Shown: one piece after another, positions 19,283 to 32,656 of the stretch
How positions within the stretch are numbered: position 1 is the stretch's first letter
How the letters are laid out: each line of letters opens with the position of its first letter
The notes under the pieces: model-generated
The model's database searches: none
What the model was told of the DNA's origin: nothing
The model's input: only the letters and a program-made list of their open reading frames with translations
Program-made: the position numbers and the translations under genes
Source of the DNA: Candidatus Sulfomarinibacteraceae bacterium
GTDB lineage: Bacteria > Acidobacteriota > Thermoanaerobaculia > Thermoanaerobaculales > Sulfomarinibacteraceae
Length of the DNA: 64,000 bases
Assembly: GCA_963823345.1 (NCBI GenBank)
Contig: CAWGLE010000004.1
Span: 62,342 to 126,341, forward strand
Direction of reading: 5' to 3'

Positions 19283-20608
19283 TCACCGGCTGTGGTGGAG
19301 GTCCCACTCCCGGATCAGCGCGAGCGCGCGTTCGGCGTGGGCCAGCCGCCGCGGCTGCCGCCCGCGGATCCCGGCGAGCTCCGGCGGGGTGACCATGTGA
19401 CCCCAGGTGATGTTGCTCGGTTGAAAGTTCTCGGGGTGACTGTCGCAGAGGTGGCGCATGAGGCCGCCGTGCGCGGTCTCCGCCGGCGGCGGCGGATGTT
19501 CGCGGCCCAGGAGTTCGTCGGCCAGCGCCCGCCCGGCTAGCAGGCCGGTCGCGGCCGACTCGACGTAGCCCTCGACGCCCGTCATCTGCCCGGCGAGCCG
19601 GATCAACGGCCGCGGCCGCAGCCGCAGCGACGAATCGAGAAACCGCGGAGCGTTGATGAAGGTGTTGCGGTGGATCATCCCGAGCCGGACGAATTTCGCG
19701 TCGGCAAACCCCGGCAGGGTGGAGAAGACGCGTTTCTGCTCGGCGTGGGTGAGTTTGGTCTGAAAACCGACCATGTTCCAGTGCTCGGCCGCGAGATCGT
19801 CCTGCCGCAGTTGCACCACCGCCCACGGCCGACGCCCGGTCGCAGGGTCCTCGAGCCCTACTGGTTTCATCGGGCCGAAGCGCAAGGTGTCGCGCCCCCG
19901 CTCGGCCATCACTTCAATCGGCAGACACCCCTCGAAGTAGGTGAAATCCTCCTGCTCGAAATCCTTGAACGGCACCTTCTCCGCCGCCAGCAATCGGTCG
20001 ACGAAGAGCTCGTAGGCGTCCCGATCGAGAGCCGAGTTCAGGTAGTCCGCGCCGTCGCCCTTGCCATATCGCGAGGCGGCGTACAGCCGGCTCATGTCGA
20101 GGGAGTCGGCGGCCACGATCGGGGCGATGGCGTCGAAAAACGACAACGCCGACTCTCCGAGGAGCTCGTCGAGCGCCCGGTGGAGGGCGGGTGAGGTCAG
20201 GGGTCCGGTGGCCAGGATGGACGGCTCATCGGGCAACTCGGTGACCTCGCGCCGCTCGATCCTGATTCGGTGGTGCGCCTGAAGGCTCGAGGTGACCGCG
20301 TGGGAAAAGGCCTCGCGATCGACGGCCAGCGCGCCGCCCGCCGGCACCGCGGCCGTCCGCGCGGACCGCAGTATCAAGGAGCGGAGGATCTCCATCTCTG
20401 CCTTGAGAACGCCGACCGCGTTGGTTGGCCCGTCACCGCGGAGAGAGTTCGAACACACCAACTCGGCCAGCATGTCTCCGCGGTGAACCGGGGTCGGCCG
20501 GTGCGGCCGCATCTCGACCAGGGTCACGTCGATCCCCGCCTCCGCCAGCTGCCAGGCCGCCTCGCAGCCCGCGAGCCCGCCGCCCACCACCAACGCGCTA
20601 GCCCGCAT
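19283..20608 (-). CDS. trmFO: Methylenetetrahydrofolate--tRNA-(uracil54-C5)-methyltransferase TrmFO (Gid)
   Basis: 441 aa. LVVGGGLAGCEAAWQLA FAD-binding N-terminus, ELVCSNSLRGD, and a GidA-like core throughout. Confidence 0.95.
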   Translation of the reverse strand: MRASALVVGGGLAGCEAAWQLAEAGIDVTLVEMRPHRPTPVHRGDMLAELVCSNSLRGDGPTNAVGVLKAEMEILRSLILRSARTAAVPAGGALAVDREAFSHAVTSSLQAHHRIRIERREVTELPDEPSILATGPLTSPALHRALDELLGESALSFFDAIAPIVAADSLDMSRLYAASRYGKGDGADYLNSALDRDAYELFVDRLLAAEKVPFKDFEQEDFTYFEGCLPIEVMAERGRDTLRFGPMKPVGLEDPATGRRPWAVVQLRQDDLAAEHWNMVGFQTKLTHAEQKRVFSTLPGFADAKFVRLGMIHRNTFINAPRFLDSSLRLRPRPLIRLAGQMTGVEGYVESAATGLLAGRALADELLGREHPPPPAETAHGGLMRHLCDSHPENFQPSNITWGHMVTPPELAGIRGRQPRRLAHAERALALIREWDLHHSR

Positions 20609-20776
20609 TATTCACGGGGATTCGTCGCGAGAGGCGCGAGGTGCAAGCGGGGTGGCGATTTCGCAAGATGAAGGAGCGGAGGCGTACTTGCAGTACGTCG
20701 AGCGAGCGAGTCGAGAAAGCGCCGCCACGCGCAGCGGATCGCGCCTCGCAGTAGAAGACTCGTGAATAATGCGGGC
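20601..20776. repeat. 176-bp imperfect palindrome bounded by perfect 16-bp inverted repeats (GCCCGCATTATTCACG ... CGTGAATAATGCGGGC)
   Basis: Read directly. Nested complementary segments share one centre: 20631-20639/20739-20747 (9 bp), 20652-20657/20723-20728 (6 bp), 20683-20687/20693-20697 (5 bp). It fills the dprA-trmFO spacer, and the left arm contains the trmFO ATG. Confidence 0.85.
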
Positions 20777-20791
20777 TCGCCCGCCCGCCGC

Positions 20792-21835
20792 TCATGGGGC
20801 GTCCGGCAGCTCGGCGGTGGTGCGCACGAACCGTCCATCGTCCAGGCGCCGGAGGTCACCGGACAGCTCCAGTTCGAGCACCCGAGCCGTGACCTCGGCA
20901 ACCGTCATCCCGGAGCGGGCCGCGATCTCGTCGACCGTCACCGCCTCATCGCCGGTGATCCACCCGAGGTCGGCCTCCGGCGACGACCCGACCGCCGCGG
21001 GGGGTTGCAGGCCGATGGCCTCGAACAGGTCCCGGGGAGTGAGAAGCGGCCGCGCGCCGACCCGGATGAGCGTGTTCGGGCCCACCGAAAGCTCGGAGAA
21101 AATGTTGCCGGGTACGGCCAGCACATCGCGGCCTTCTTCCATCGCCAGGCGGGCGGTGATGAGGGCGCCCGACCGCGCCGCCGCCTCAACCACCACGACC
21201 GCGCGCGACAGCCCCGCGAGAATGCGGTTGCGCTCCGGAAAGTGGTGTCGCCGCGGCGGCGTCCCCGGCGGGTACTCGGTGATCAACGCGCCGCTGCCGG
21301 AGATCTCTGTCGCCAGCCCGGTGTGCTCGGGCGGGTAGACGCGGTCCGGGCCGCACCCCCACACCGCCCAGCTGACGCCGCCCACCCGCAATGCCCCGCG
21401 ATGCGCCTCCGCGTCAACGCCGCGCGCCATGCCGGAGACCGTGACCACGCCGCACCGGCCCAGCTCCTCGCCGAGAAGACGCGCGACCTGGCAGCCGTAG
21501 GGCGTCGCCTTTCGCGAACCGACGACGGCCACGGCCGGCGCGTCGGAGAGGCGGCCGCTCACGAACAGCCCGAGTGGCGGATCCACCATCGACGACAGCA
21601 GGCCCGGGTAGTCGGCGTCGCCGGGCACGAGCCACCGCCACCCCGCAGCGGCGGCGCGATCGAAAACCGTCCGCGCCTCGTCGTCTGCGAGGCGTTTTGC
21701 GGTATCGAGGACCGCCGGCGCCAATCCCTCGCCCGCCGGCGCGACCGCCACCGCCCGCCGCACTCGAGCGCCCCCACCGGCAAGCAGGAGCCCGAGGCGA
21801 AGGAAACGTTCTTCCGCGTGATGCATCGCACTCAT
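20792..21835 (-). CDS. dprA: DNA-processing protein DprA (Smf)
   Basis: 347 aa. SGMARGVDAEAHRGAL...PERNRILAGLSRAVVVVEAAARSGALITARLAMEEGRDVLAVPG is the DprA Rossmann core. C-terminal winged-helix-like tail. Confidence 0.9.
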   Translation of the reverse strand: MSAMHHAEERFLRLGLLLAGGGARVRRAVAVAPAGEGLAPAVLDTAKRLADDEARTVFDRAAAAGWRWLVPGDADYPGLLSSMVDPPLGLFVSGRLSDAPAVAVVGSRKATPYGCQVARLLGEELGRCGVVTVSGMARGVDAEAHRGALRVGGVSWAVWGCGPDRVYPPEHTGLATEISGSGALITEYPPGTPPRRHHFPERNRILAGLSRAVVVVEAAARSGALITARLAMEEGRDVLAVPGNIFSELSVGPNTLIRVGARPLLTPRDLFEAIGLQPPAAVGSSPEADLGWITGDEAVTVDEIAARSGMTVAEVTARVLELELSGDLRRLDDGRFVRTTAELPDAP

Positions 21836-21867
21836 GGTAACGCGTTCGGTGCGGGTATACTCGGTGC

Positions 21868-22647
21868 ATGAAATTTCGGGTTCTCGGAAGCTTTGGCGGG
21901 GACAGCCCCGAGTGCAGGATGACCTCGTTCCTGATCGACGGCGCCGTGGCGATCGACGCCGGCGCGATCACCCGGGCCCTGTCGATTGACGAGCAACGGC
22001 GACTCCGGCACGTCGTCATCACCCACACCCACATGGATCACACCAGCACGCTGCCGTTCCTGATCGAGAACTCGTTCGGCGCGAGCGACGAGCCGGTGTC
22101 CATCTACTGTTCCAAGCGCGGGTTGGCGGGGGTCCGCCGACACCTGTTCAACAACGACACCTGGCCCGACTTCACCCGAATTCCGAACCACATGTACCCG
22201 TCCGTACGGTTCCAGGAAATCGAGATCGAACAGCCGTTCACCATCACCGGGCTGCCCTCGGGGGATCTCGAAATCACCGCCATCGAGGTGAACCACATCG
22301 TGCCCACCACGGGTCTGTTGATCCGTCAGGGCGGCTCGAGCGTCATCTTCACCTCAGACACCGGTCCGACCCAGAGAATCTGGGACGTGGCGAACGACAC
22401 CGCCGATCTCGCGGCGATCATCACCGAATGCTCGTTTCCGAACCGCCTGCAGGCGATTGCCGACGTCAGCCTGCACCTCACACCGGCCTCTCTCGGCGGC
22501 GAGCTCGCCAAGTTGCACCGGGATGTACCGGTCTTTCTCTACCATTTCAAACCGCCGTACGTGGACGAGCTCCGCGACGAGTTCGCGACCTACGTATTGC
22601 CGCACCCGGTCGTCGAACTCATTCAAGACCGCGTGTACGATTTCTGA
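21868..22647 (+). CDS. Metallo-beta-lactamase-fold hydrolase, class-II cyclic-nucleotide phosphodiesterase-like
   Basis: 259 aa. HVVITHTHMDHTSTLPF (HxHxDH metal motif). The N-terminal KFRVLGSFGG...FLIDG pattern resembles CpdP-type cAMP phosphodiesterases. Substrate is not inferable. Confidence 0.7.
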   Translation: MKFRVLGSFGGDSPECRMTSFLIDGAVAIDAGAITRALSIDEQRRLRHVVITHTHMDHTSTLPFLIENSFGASDEPVSIYCSKRGLAGVRRHLFNNDTWPDFTRIPNHMYPSVRFQEIEIEQPFTITGLPSGDLEITAIEVNHIVPTTGLLIRQGGSSVIFTSDTGPTQRIWDVANDTADLAAIITECSFPNRLQAIADVSLHLTPASLGGELAKLHRDVPVFLYHFKPPYVDELRDEFATYVLPHPVVELIQDRVYDF

Positions 22648-22652
22648 GGCCG

Positions 22653-23594
22653 TCAGTCGGGCGAGAGCGCTACCAGATCCGACCGGAGATCGAACGCCAG
22701 GCGCCCGCGCATCCCCGGGGCGAGCGGGTCCACGGAAGCGTGAAGAACCGCTGACAGCGAGAGCGCGGATTCCTGACGGCGAAGCGAGAGAGCCGTCAGA
22801 AGATAGTCGCCCGCCACTACCCGCGCAGTCCATCCGTCGGACAGCTCCTCGCACAGAAAGACCGCCTTCCCTCCGGAGAGCGTCTCCGCATCGACGAGGT
22901 CACCTTGGCGTGTGGTCCGCTCGATGTCAGAGCGCGCCCGGAGAAACCGCTCCGGATCGCGCCAGTTTTCTGCCGGGGTGAGCACGGCAGCCCGGTTGAC
23001 CGTGATCACCGCCGGCGCATCCGGTCGGTGGCAGGCAAGACCGTCGAGAACAGCCGCTTCCACCCGCCGCGCCCGGACCAGCAGCCGCTCCAGGGCGGCG
23101 TGATCGACCGGCAGTTCGACATGCGCAAACAGATCGTCCACCTCGAGCATCCCGTGGCGAACGGTGTAGCGTTCGCTGTCACCGAACCACAGCAGGTCAA
23201 ACGGTGCGCCCGGGTCCTCCTCGACGGTCCTGGTGGTCAGAAGGAGGCTCTCGACTCCGGCCGCCTCCCGCCACACCTCCCCGTCGCACAGACGGTACCC
23301 AGCGTCGGGACCGTCGCCTCCCGCTGCGGTCAGGAAGAGCGGCAACGCGGGCGCGACCAGCCACCCCTCCTCCTCGACCACCGGCCATTCGCCGCCGAAG
23401 GCGCGCGCGGTCGAGGCCACGAGGCCGGTTGCGCGGGCGATGCGGCCCGCGCACGTCGCCACACTCTCGACCCGACTCCCCGCGGCGGGTTCGGACGACT
23501 CGCGTGGGCCGTCGCCCCCGTCCCAACGCAGAACGGTTCTCACGATTTCCGCCGCGACTCGACGCGCGGCCTCGGTTGCAGTGCCGCCGCTCAC
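22653..23594 (-). CDS. Hypothetical protein (313 aa), translationally coupled to the upstream crotonase gene
   Basis: GTG 23594 overlaps the crotonase stop (GTGA). Balanced amino-acid composition and GC-rich third positions. No motif recognised. The longer track ORF (to 23858) would overlap the crotonase gene. Confidence 0.5.
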   Translation of the reverse strand: MSGGTATEAARRVAAEIVRTVLRWDGGDGPRESSEPAAGSRVESVATCAGRIARATGLVASTARAFGGEWPVVEEEGWLVAPALPLFLTAAGGDGPDAGYRLCDGEVWREAAGVESLLLTTRTVEEDPGAPFDLLWFGDSERYTVRHGMLEVDDLFAHVELPVDHAALERLLVRARRVEAAVLDGLACHRPDAPAVITVNRAAVLTPAENWRDPERFLRARSDIERTTRQGDLVDAETLSGGKAVFLCEELSDGWTARVVAGDYLLTALSLRRQESALSLSAVLHASVDPLAPGMRGRLAFDLRSDLVALSPD

Positions 23595-24352
23595 CTGCGC
23601 AGTCGACTCGACATGGAGGCGATGCGGCTGCGGGTTTCCGGTTCGAACCAGCAGTCGAGAAACGCGTCGTCCTCGGCCGGACGGGGTTCCCGCATCGCCG
23701 CCCACACCGCAGACAGCAGCATCTGTTTCGTCTGGATGAAGGCCGTCCGTGGACGACCGGCGAGACGCGTCATCTCGGAGACCGTCGCCGCCATCATTTC
23801 CCCCGGTTGCGCGACACGGTGGACCAGACCGAGCTGACGCGCGCGTTCGGCGGTGCAACCCTCGCCGCGAAACACGAGGTCGTCAACGGCCGGTGAACTG
23901 AGGCGGGACCGCAGCATGCGCAGGCTGTGGCCCGGCACCGGCACGCCGAGGTTGAGCTCCGACAACCCAAGCCGCGGTCGGCCCGCGACCATGACCCGGA
24001 GATCGCAGGCTATCGCGAGCTGGCACCCCCCGGCGACCGCGTGGCCGCTGATTTCGGCGGCGGTCGGTCCCGGGTAGGAGAAGATCTCGAGTACGAGGGC
24101 GTTGAACGCGGCGAGAAACTCACCGACTTCCGAGCGTGGCGCGTCGCCGAGCAGCTTGAGATTCCAGCCCGGGCAAAAGAGCGACGGGTGGGAGGAGGCG
24201 ATCGTGAGCGCGGGCCCCCCGTTGTCGGCGAGGCGGCGGATCTCGGACCGCAACGCCTCCATGAATGGGCGATCTAGGGCGTTGGCCCCGTGTTTCATGA
24301 CCAGCCGGTGGACGCCCTTCTCTTCTTCGTGCCGCAGCATCGCCTCAGCCAT
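23591..24352 (-). CDS. Enoyl-CoA hydratase/isomerase (crotonase) superfamily protein
   Basis: 253 aa. FCPGWNLKLL and GHAVAGGCQLAIACDLRVM (oxyanion-hole region) are typical of crotonase folds. Start overlaps the pdxT stop by 8 nt. Confidence 0.8.
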   Translation of the reverse strand: MAEAMLRHEEEKGVHRLVMKHGANALDRPFMEALRSEIRRLADNGGPALTIASSHPSLFCPGWNLKLLGDAPRSEVGEFLAAFNALVLEIFSYPGPTAAEISGHAVAGGCQLAIACDLRVMVAGRPRLGLSELNLGVPVPGHSLRMLRSRLSSPAVDDLVFRGEGCTAERARQLGLVHRVAQPGEMMAATVSEMTRLAGRPRTAFIQTKQMLLSAVWAAMREPRPAEDDAFLDCWFEPETRSRIASMSSRLRR

Positions 24353-24929
24353 CTCGACCCTCCCCTATCCGCAGAAAGAGCTCGTGGACGCGGTGGTCAG
24401 CGGTGAGCTCGGGGTGAAATGTCGCCCCGAGAACCAGTCCCTGGCGGACGAGGACGGGTTCGTCGCGCCACCGGCCCAGCACCTCGGCGCCCGACCCGAC
24501 GCTGACGATCCGCGGGGCTCGGATGAACACGGCTTCCATCGCTGCCGGCGGACCGAGAATCGGCGCGACCTCGATCTCTTCGATCGAGGAGTGAACCTGG
24601 CGGCCGTAGGCGTTTCTCACGACGTCGACCGCCAACGCCCCGAGGCTCGTTTGGGCGGGCTCGACCGCTTCGGCGAGGAGGATCACACCCGCGCAGGTCG
24701 CGAGGACCGGCATGCCGTCGGCGATGCGTCGAGCGATTTGCTGCGTCAGGTTTTCGGGTTCCATGAGCCGCAGCATGGCCGAACTCTCGCCGCCGGGCAG
24801 GACCAGGGCGTCCACATTTTCGAGTTCGGCTGCGGTCCGGACCGGGCGGGACGGGGCGCCGAGAGCTTCGAGGGCGGCGCCGTGCGCGCACCAGTCTCCC
24901 TGCAGCGCCAGCACGCCGTAGATCCGCAC
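24345..24929 (-). CDS. pdxT: Pyridoxal 5'-phosphate synthase glutaminase subunit PdxT
   Basis: 194 aa. GVLALQGD...LVLPGGESS...ATCAGVILLA (catalytic Cys)...ATFHPELT (His/Glu). Confidence 0.92.
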   Translation of the reverse strand: MRIYGVLALQGDWCAHGAALEALGAPSRPVRTAAELENVDALVLPGGESSAMLRLMEPENLTQQIARRIADGMPVLATCAGVILLAEAVEPAQTSLGALAVDVVRNAYGRQVHSSIEEIEVAPILGPPAAMEAVFIRAPRIVSVGSGAEVLGRWRDEPVLVRQGLVLGATFHPELTADHRVHELFLRIGEGRDG

Positions 24930-24932
24930 CCT

Positions 24933-25820
24933 CTACCACCCCCTGCGCGACAGCATCTCCTCGGGTGTCAGCTTGCCGGCTTCAATCCCGGACATGGCCT
25001 CGCCCAGGCCGCGCGAGATTTCGACCAGCCGTGCCGGGTCCTGCCAGTGGGTCACGGCCTCGACGATGGCGCGGCCGCGCTTCGCGGGATCACCGGACTT
25101 GAAGATCCCGGAACCCACGAAGACCGACTCTGCGCCGAGCATCATGCAGAGGGCCGCATCGGCCGGCGTCGCCACCCCGCCGGCGGCGAAGTTGGGAACC
25201 GGCAGCCGACCGTTTTCGGCCACCCAGCACACCAGTTCGTACGGCGCGGCGTGTTCTTTGGCCGCGGCCATGAGTTCGTCCTCAGTGAGGATCCCCAGAC
25301 TCATGATGCCGCGGCGGACGGCCCGCAGGTGGCGGACCCCTTCAACGATATCGCCCGAACCCGCCTCGCCCTTGGTGCGGATCATGGCGGCGCCTTCGCC
25401 GATCCGCCGCAGGGCCTCGCCCAGATTGCGGCAGCCGCAGACAAACGGCACCTTGAACGAGTGCTTCGAGATGTGATTCTCTTCGTCGGCCGGCGTGAGA
25501 ACTTCGCTTTCGTCGATGAAATCGACCTCGAGGGCCTCCAGGATCCTGGCCTCCGCGATATGACCGATCCGGACCTTGGCCATCACCGGGATCGAGACCG
25601 AGCGCTGGATTTCCTGGATCATGTCGATCGACGACATGCGCGCGACGCCGCCCTGCGCCCGGATGTCAGCCGGGACCCGCTCGAGCGCCATCACCGCCGC
25701 CGCACCCGCATCCTCGGCGATCTTCGCCTGCTCGGCCGTGGTGACGTCCATGATGACGCCACCCTTGAGCATCTCCGCCAGTCCCACCTTGACGCGGAAC
25801 CGGTCTTCCATAAACCGCAT
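24933..25820 (-). CDS. pdxS: Pyridoxal 5'-phosphate synthase lyase subunit PdxS
   Basis: Start set at ATG 25820 (GGGAGG 6 nt upstream); the track ORF is over-extended. [28 protein letters not shown]...[18 protein letters not shown]...[29 protein letters not shown]. Confidence 0.95.
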   Translation of the reverse strand: MRFMEDRFRVKVGLAEMLKGGVIMDVTTAEQAKIAEDAGAAAVMALERVPADIRAQGGVARMSSIDMIQEIQRSVSIPVMAKVRIGHIAEARILEALEVDFIDESEVLTPADEENHISKHSFKVPFVCGCRNLGEALRRIGEGAAMIRTKGEAGSGDIVEGVRHLRAVRRGIMSLGILTEDELMAAAKEHAAPYELVCWVAENGRLPVPNFAAGGVATPADAALCMMLGAESVFVGSGIFKSGDPAKRGRAIVEAVTHWQDPARLVEISRGLGEAMSGIEAGKLTPEEMLSRRGW

Positions 25821-25882
25821 GTTCTTCCTCCCGCAGCTCCGGCACATTGTACAACCTGCCGGCGTCGCGCTTCCCTTCCCGA

Positions 25883-26440
25883 TCACGTCCCTGTCGTGGC
25901 GCGGAGCCGGGTCAGGGACAGCCCGTTCAGGACGATGTGCGCGAAGGCCGCAGCCGGATAGCCCCAGCGCCCGAACACCCAGCCGACCACCAACCCGAGC
26001 AGCAGCGCCATCAGCGGCCACGTCCAGAGCTTGCGATCCGGAACGAAGTGCAGCACCGCGAAAATCGCCGCGGCCGGCACGAGACCGAGAAGCGGCTGCA
26101 GCAGGGCGCGAATCAGGGCCTCCTCGGCGATCCCGGAAAAGACCGCCACCGCCACCGCGTCGCCCGCCGACCACCCCTCGACCATCCGGCGCTGCCAGGC
26201 CTCGAGGTCGCGCAAGGGACCCGCGGCCCGCACCGCCCACAACAGGCAGAAGCACGCCGCCCCCACGCCCGCGCCCGCGAGTACGGCCACGATGGGATTG
26301 CCTCGGGCGGCGAACGCCGTGGCAAAACCGCCATCGCGAAACCAGATGCCGATCACGGCGATCAGGGCAATCACCCCCTCCTGGTGGATCACCAGGTTTG
26401 CAGGGACCATCCGCGGCGTGAGCCCTCCCGGTTCGGTCAT
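25883..26440 (-). CDS. CPBP-family intramembrane glutamic endopeptidase (CAAX protease/Abi-like)
   Basis: 185 aa, multi-[13 protein letters not shown] (EExxxR motif) and FAVLHF / FAHIVLN histidine motifs. Confidence 0.75.
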   Translation of the reverse strand: MTEPGGLTPRMVPANLVIHQEGVIALIAVIGIWFRDGGFATAFAARGNPIVAVLAGAGVGAACFCLLWAVRAAGPLRDLEAWQRRMVEGWSAGDAVAVAVFSGIAEEALIRALLQPLLGLVPAAAIFAVLHFVPDRKLWTWPLMALLLGLVVGWVFGRWGYPAAAFAHIVLNGLSLTRLRATTGT

Positions 26441-26464
26441 CGCCAGCCGCGTCGTGCGGCGGGG

Positions 26465-29053
26465 TCAGTCGCCATCAGCCTCGGCGGTGGGCTCGGCATC
26501 CTCGCCCGCGGGCTCGTCGTCGTCGTCCGCAGCGGCTACCCCGCCTTCGTCCTCGGCCGCGTCCGCGTCGGCCGCCTCGTCCACGTCGTCTTCAGAATCA
26601 TCAACTGCTTCCGCCCGCGCGACGGAAACCACCCGGTCGCCCTCATCGAGCCGGATCACCCGCACGCCGAGCGTGGCGCGCCCGATGCGGCGAATCTCGC
26701 CCGCGTGCATGCGGATCATCATGCCCTGTTCGGTGACCACCAGAATCTCGTCCTCTTCCGTGACGTGGCGGATCGCCGCCACCGCCCCGTTTTTGTCGGT
26801 GAGGCGGATCAGGGTGATGCCGTAGCCGCCCCGTCTCTGGAGGCGGAACTCCGAGATCGCCGTACGTTTGCCGAAACCCTGGTCGGTGACGACCAGGATG
26901 TCGTTGTTCTCCGTGGCGTCGAAGATCGCGACCTCTTCGACCAGATCGCCCTCGCGGAGGTTGATCCCGCGCACGCCGGCGGACACCCGGCCCATCGGCC
27001 GGACGTCGGATTCTTCGAAACGGATCGCCATGCCCTGGGTGGTCCCGATGAAGACGTGGCTGCGGCCGTCGGTGAGGCGCACCGAAAGGAGATTGTCGTC
27101 GGGGTTGATCACCACCGCCCGCAGGCCGTTGGCGCGGATGTTGGCGTATTCGGCGAGCTGCGTCCGTTTCACGCGCCCGTGGCGGGTCGCGAACAGCAGG
27201 TACGCGTTCTCGTGTTCGTCGAAGTCCCGCACCGCCAGCAGGGCCCGCACCTGCTCGTCCGGCGCGAGCTGGAGGAGGTTGACGAGCGCCCGCCCGCGGG
27301 CGGCCGGTCCGACATCTGGCAGCTCATGGACCTTGCGGGCGAAGACCCGCCCGGTGGACGTGAAGAAGAGCATGGTGGCGTGGGTGGAGGCGACAAAGAG
27401 TTGCCAGACCTCGTCCTCGCTCTTGGTGGCCATTCCGCGGCGGCCGCGGCCGCCCCGCCGTTGCGCCCTGTAGGTGGAGGCCGCGGACCGTTTGACGTAA
27501 CCCTCGCGCGAGACCGTGATCACCACCTCCTCCTCGGCGATGAGGTCTTCGATGGAGATCTCGCTGGGGTCGTCGATGAGCTCGGTGCGGCGCTCGTCGC
27601 CGAAGCGCTCTTTGACGTCGGCGAGCTCGTCGGCGATGATCCCGGACACCATTTCGTCCGACCCGAGGACCTTGACCAGGTGCTCGATGAGTTGCTTGAC
27701 GTCGTTGTACTCCGCCACGATCTTGTCGCGCTCGAGACCGGTGAGGCGCTGCAGCCGCATGTCGAGAATCGCCTGCGCCTGCAGCTGGCTCAAACCGAAC
27801 TCGTTCATCAGGCCGTCGCGCGCCGTCTCCGGATCGGCGGCGCCGCGAATCAGCGCGATCACCGCATCGAGGTTGTCCAGCGCGATGACCAGACCTTCGA
27901 GAATGTGGGCGCGCTCGCGGGCGCGGGCGAGATCGTACTCGGTCCTCCGCACCACCACCTCGCGCCGGTGGTCCAGGAAATGCTGGAGAAGCTCTTTGAG
28001 GTCGAAGACTTTCGGTTGGTTGTTGATCACCCCGAGGAGGATGATGCCGAACGTGGTGCGGAGCTGGGTGAGCTTGAAGAGGTTGTTCTGGACCACCTCG
28101 GGAACGGCGTCCCGCTTGAGCTCGATGACCACCCGGATGCCTTCGCGGTCCGACTCGTCGCGGAGATCGGCGATGCCTTCGAGCCGCTTGCTCTGCACGA
28201 GATTGGCGATCTGTTCGACCAGCCGCGCCTTGTTGACCTGGTAGGGGAGCTCGTGAACCAGGATGCGGGCGCGCTTGCCCTTCTCGGCCTCTTCGATGCG
28301 GGTGCGCGCCTGGAGACGGATGATGCCCCTGCCGGTGGTGTAGGCGTCGTAGATCCCCTTCTTGCCGAGAATGAAGCCCGCGGTGGGGAAGTCGGGGCCG
28401 GGGATGAAATCCATGAGATCGGTGACCGTCAGCTCCGGGTCGCTGATGAGGGCGGTGGCGGCATCGACGACCTCGCGGAGGTTGTGCGGCGGGATGTTGG
28501 TTGCCATTCCCACCGCGATGCCCGACGAGCCGTTGACGAGGAGGTTGGGGTAGCGCGCCGGGAGCACGGTGGGCTCCGACAGCGAGCCGTCGTAGTTGGG
28601 CGCCCAGTCGACGGTCTCCTTGGTGATGTCGTCGCCGAGCAGCTCCTCGGACAGCCGTGTCAGCCGCACCTCGGTGTAGCGCATGGCCGCCGCGGAGTCG
28701 CCGTCGACCGAACCGAAGTTGCCCTGGCCGTCCACCAGCGTGTAGCGCATCGAGAATTCCTGCGCCAGTCGGACGGCGGTGTCATAGATGGCCTGGTCGC
28801 CGTGCGGATGGTACTTGCCCATCACATCACCGACGATGCGGGCGGACTTCTTGTAGGCCCGGCTGGCGGTGTTGCCGCCTTCCCACATCCCGTAAAGGAT
28901 GCGGCGGTGGACGGGTTTGAGGCCGTCGCGAACGTCGGGCAGGGCACGGCCGATGATGACCGACATCGCGTAGTCGAGGTAGGAGCTCTTGAGCTCCTCC
29001 TCGATGGTGATGGGAAAGCGGTCCTCGCGTGCCGGGGTGTCGTTGTCGCTCAT
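26465..29053 (-). CDS. gyrA: DNA gyrase subunit A
   Basis: 862 aa. [12 protein letters not shown], active-site [11 protein letters not shown]-terminal beta-pinwheel repeats and an acidic tail. Confidence 0.97.
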   Translation of the reverse strand: MSDNDTPAREDRFPITIEEELKSSYLDYAMSVIIGRALPDVRDGLKPVHRRILYGMWEGGNTASRAYKKSARIVGDVMGKYHPHGDQAIYDTAVRLAQEFSMRYTLVDGQGNFGSVDGDSAAAMRYTEVRLTRLSEELLGDDITKETVDWAPNYDGSLSEPTVLPARYPNLLVNGSSGIAVGMATNIPPHNLREVVDAATALISDPELTVTDLMDFIPGPDFPTAGFILGKKGIYDAYTTGRGIIRLQARTRIEEAEKGKRARILVHELPYQVNKARLVEQIANLVQSKRLEGIADLRDESDREGIRVVIELKRDAVPEVVQNNLFKLTQLRTTFGIILLGVINNQPKVFDLKELLQHFLDHRREVVVRRTEYDLARARERAHILEGLVIALDNLDAVIALIRGAADPETARDGLMNEFGLSQLQAQAILDMRLQRLTGLERDKIVAEYNDVKQLIEHLVKVLGSDEMVSGIIADELADVKERFGDERRTELIDDPSEISIEDLIAEEEVVITVSREGYVKRSAASTYRAQRRGGRGRRGMATKSEDEVWQLFVASTHATMLFFTSTGRVFARKVHELPDVGPAARGRALVNLLQLAPDEQVRALLAVRDFDEHENAYLLFATRHGRVKRTQLAEYANIRANGLRAVVINPDDNLLSVRLTDGRSHVFIGTTQGMAIRFEESDVRPMGRVSAGVRGINLREGDLVEEVAIFDATENNDILVVTDQGFGKRTAISEFRLQRRGGYGITLIRLTDKNGAVAAIRHVTEEDEILVVTEQGMMIRMHAGEIRRIGRATLGVRVIRLDEGDRVVSVARAEAVDDSEDDVDEAADADAAEDEGGVAAADDDDEPAGEDAEPTAEADGD

Positions 29054-32564
<3,511 letters not shown>

Positions 32565-32656
32565 TGGCGCCCCGGGTGTGGTTTTTCAGTCATCGGAGGA
32601 AGGGTTTTCTGAGAATCCATCACTGCCGGCGGCTCGCCGCCACCGGGGCATCGGCC

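Noticed and set aside
20769-21338. Plus-strand ORF whose ATG lies in the right arm of the 16-bp inverted repeat (mirror image of the trmFO start)
   Set aside because: It runs antisense through the well-supported dprA gene and is R/P/S/A-rich. The ATG is simply a consequence of the repeat being a copy of the trmFO start region.
24102-25961. 619-aa plus-strand ORF
   Set aside because: It is antisense to pdxT and pdxS. It has no motifs and an arginine/glycine-rich artefact composition.
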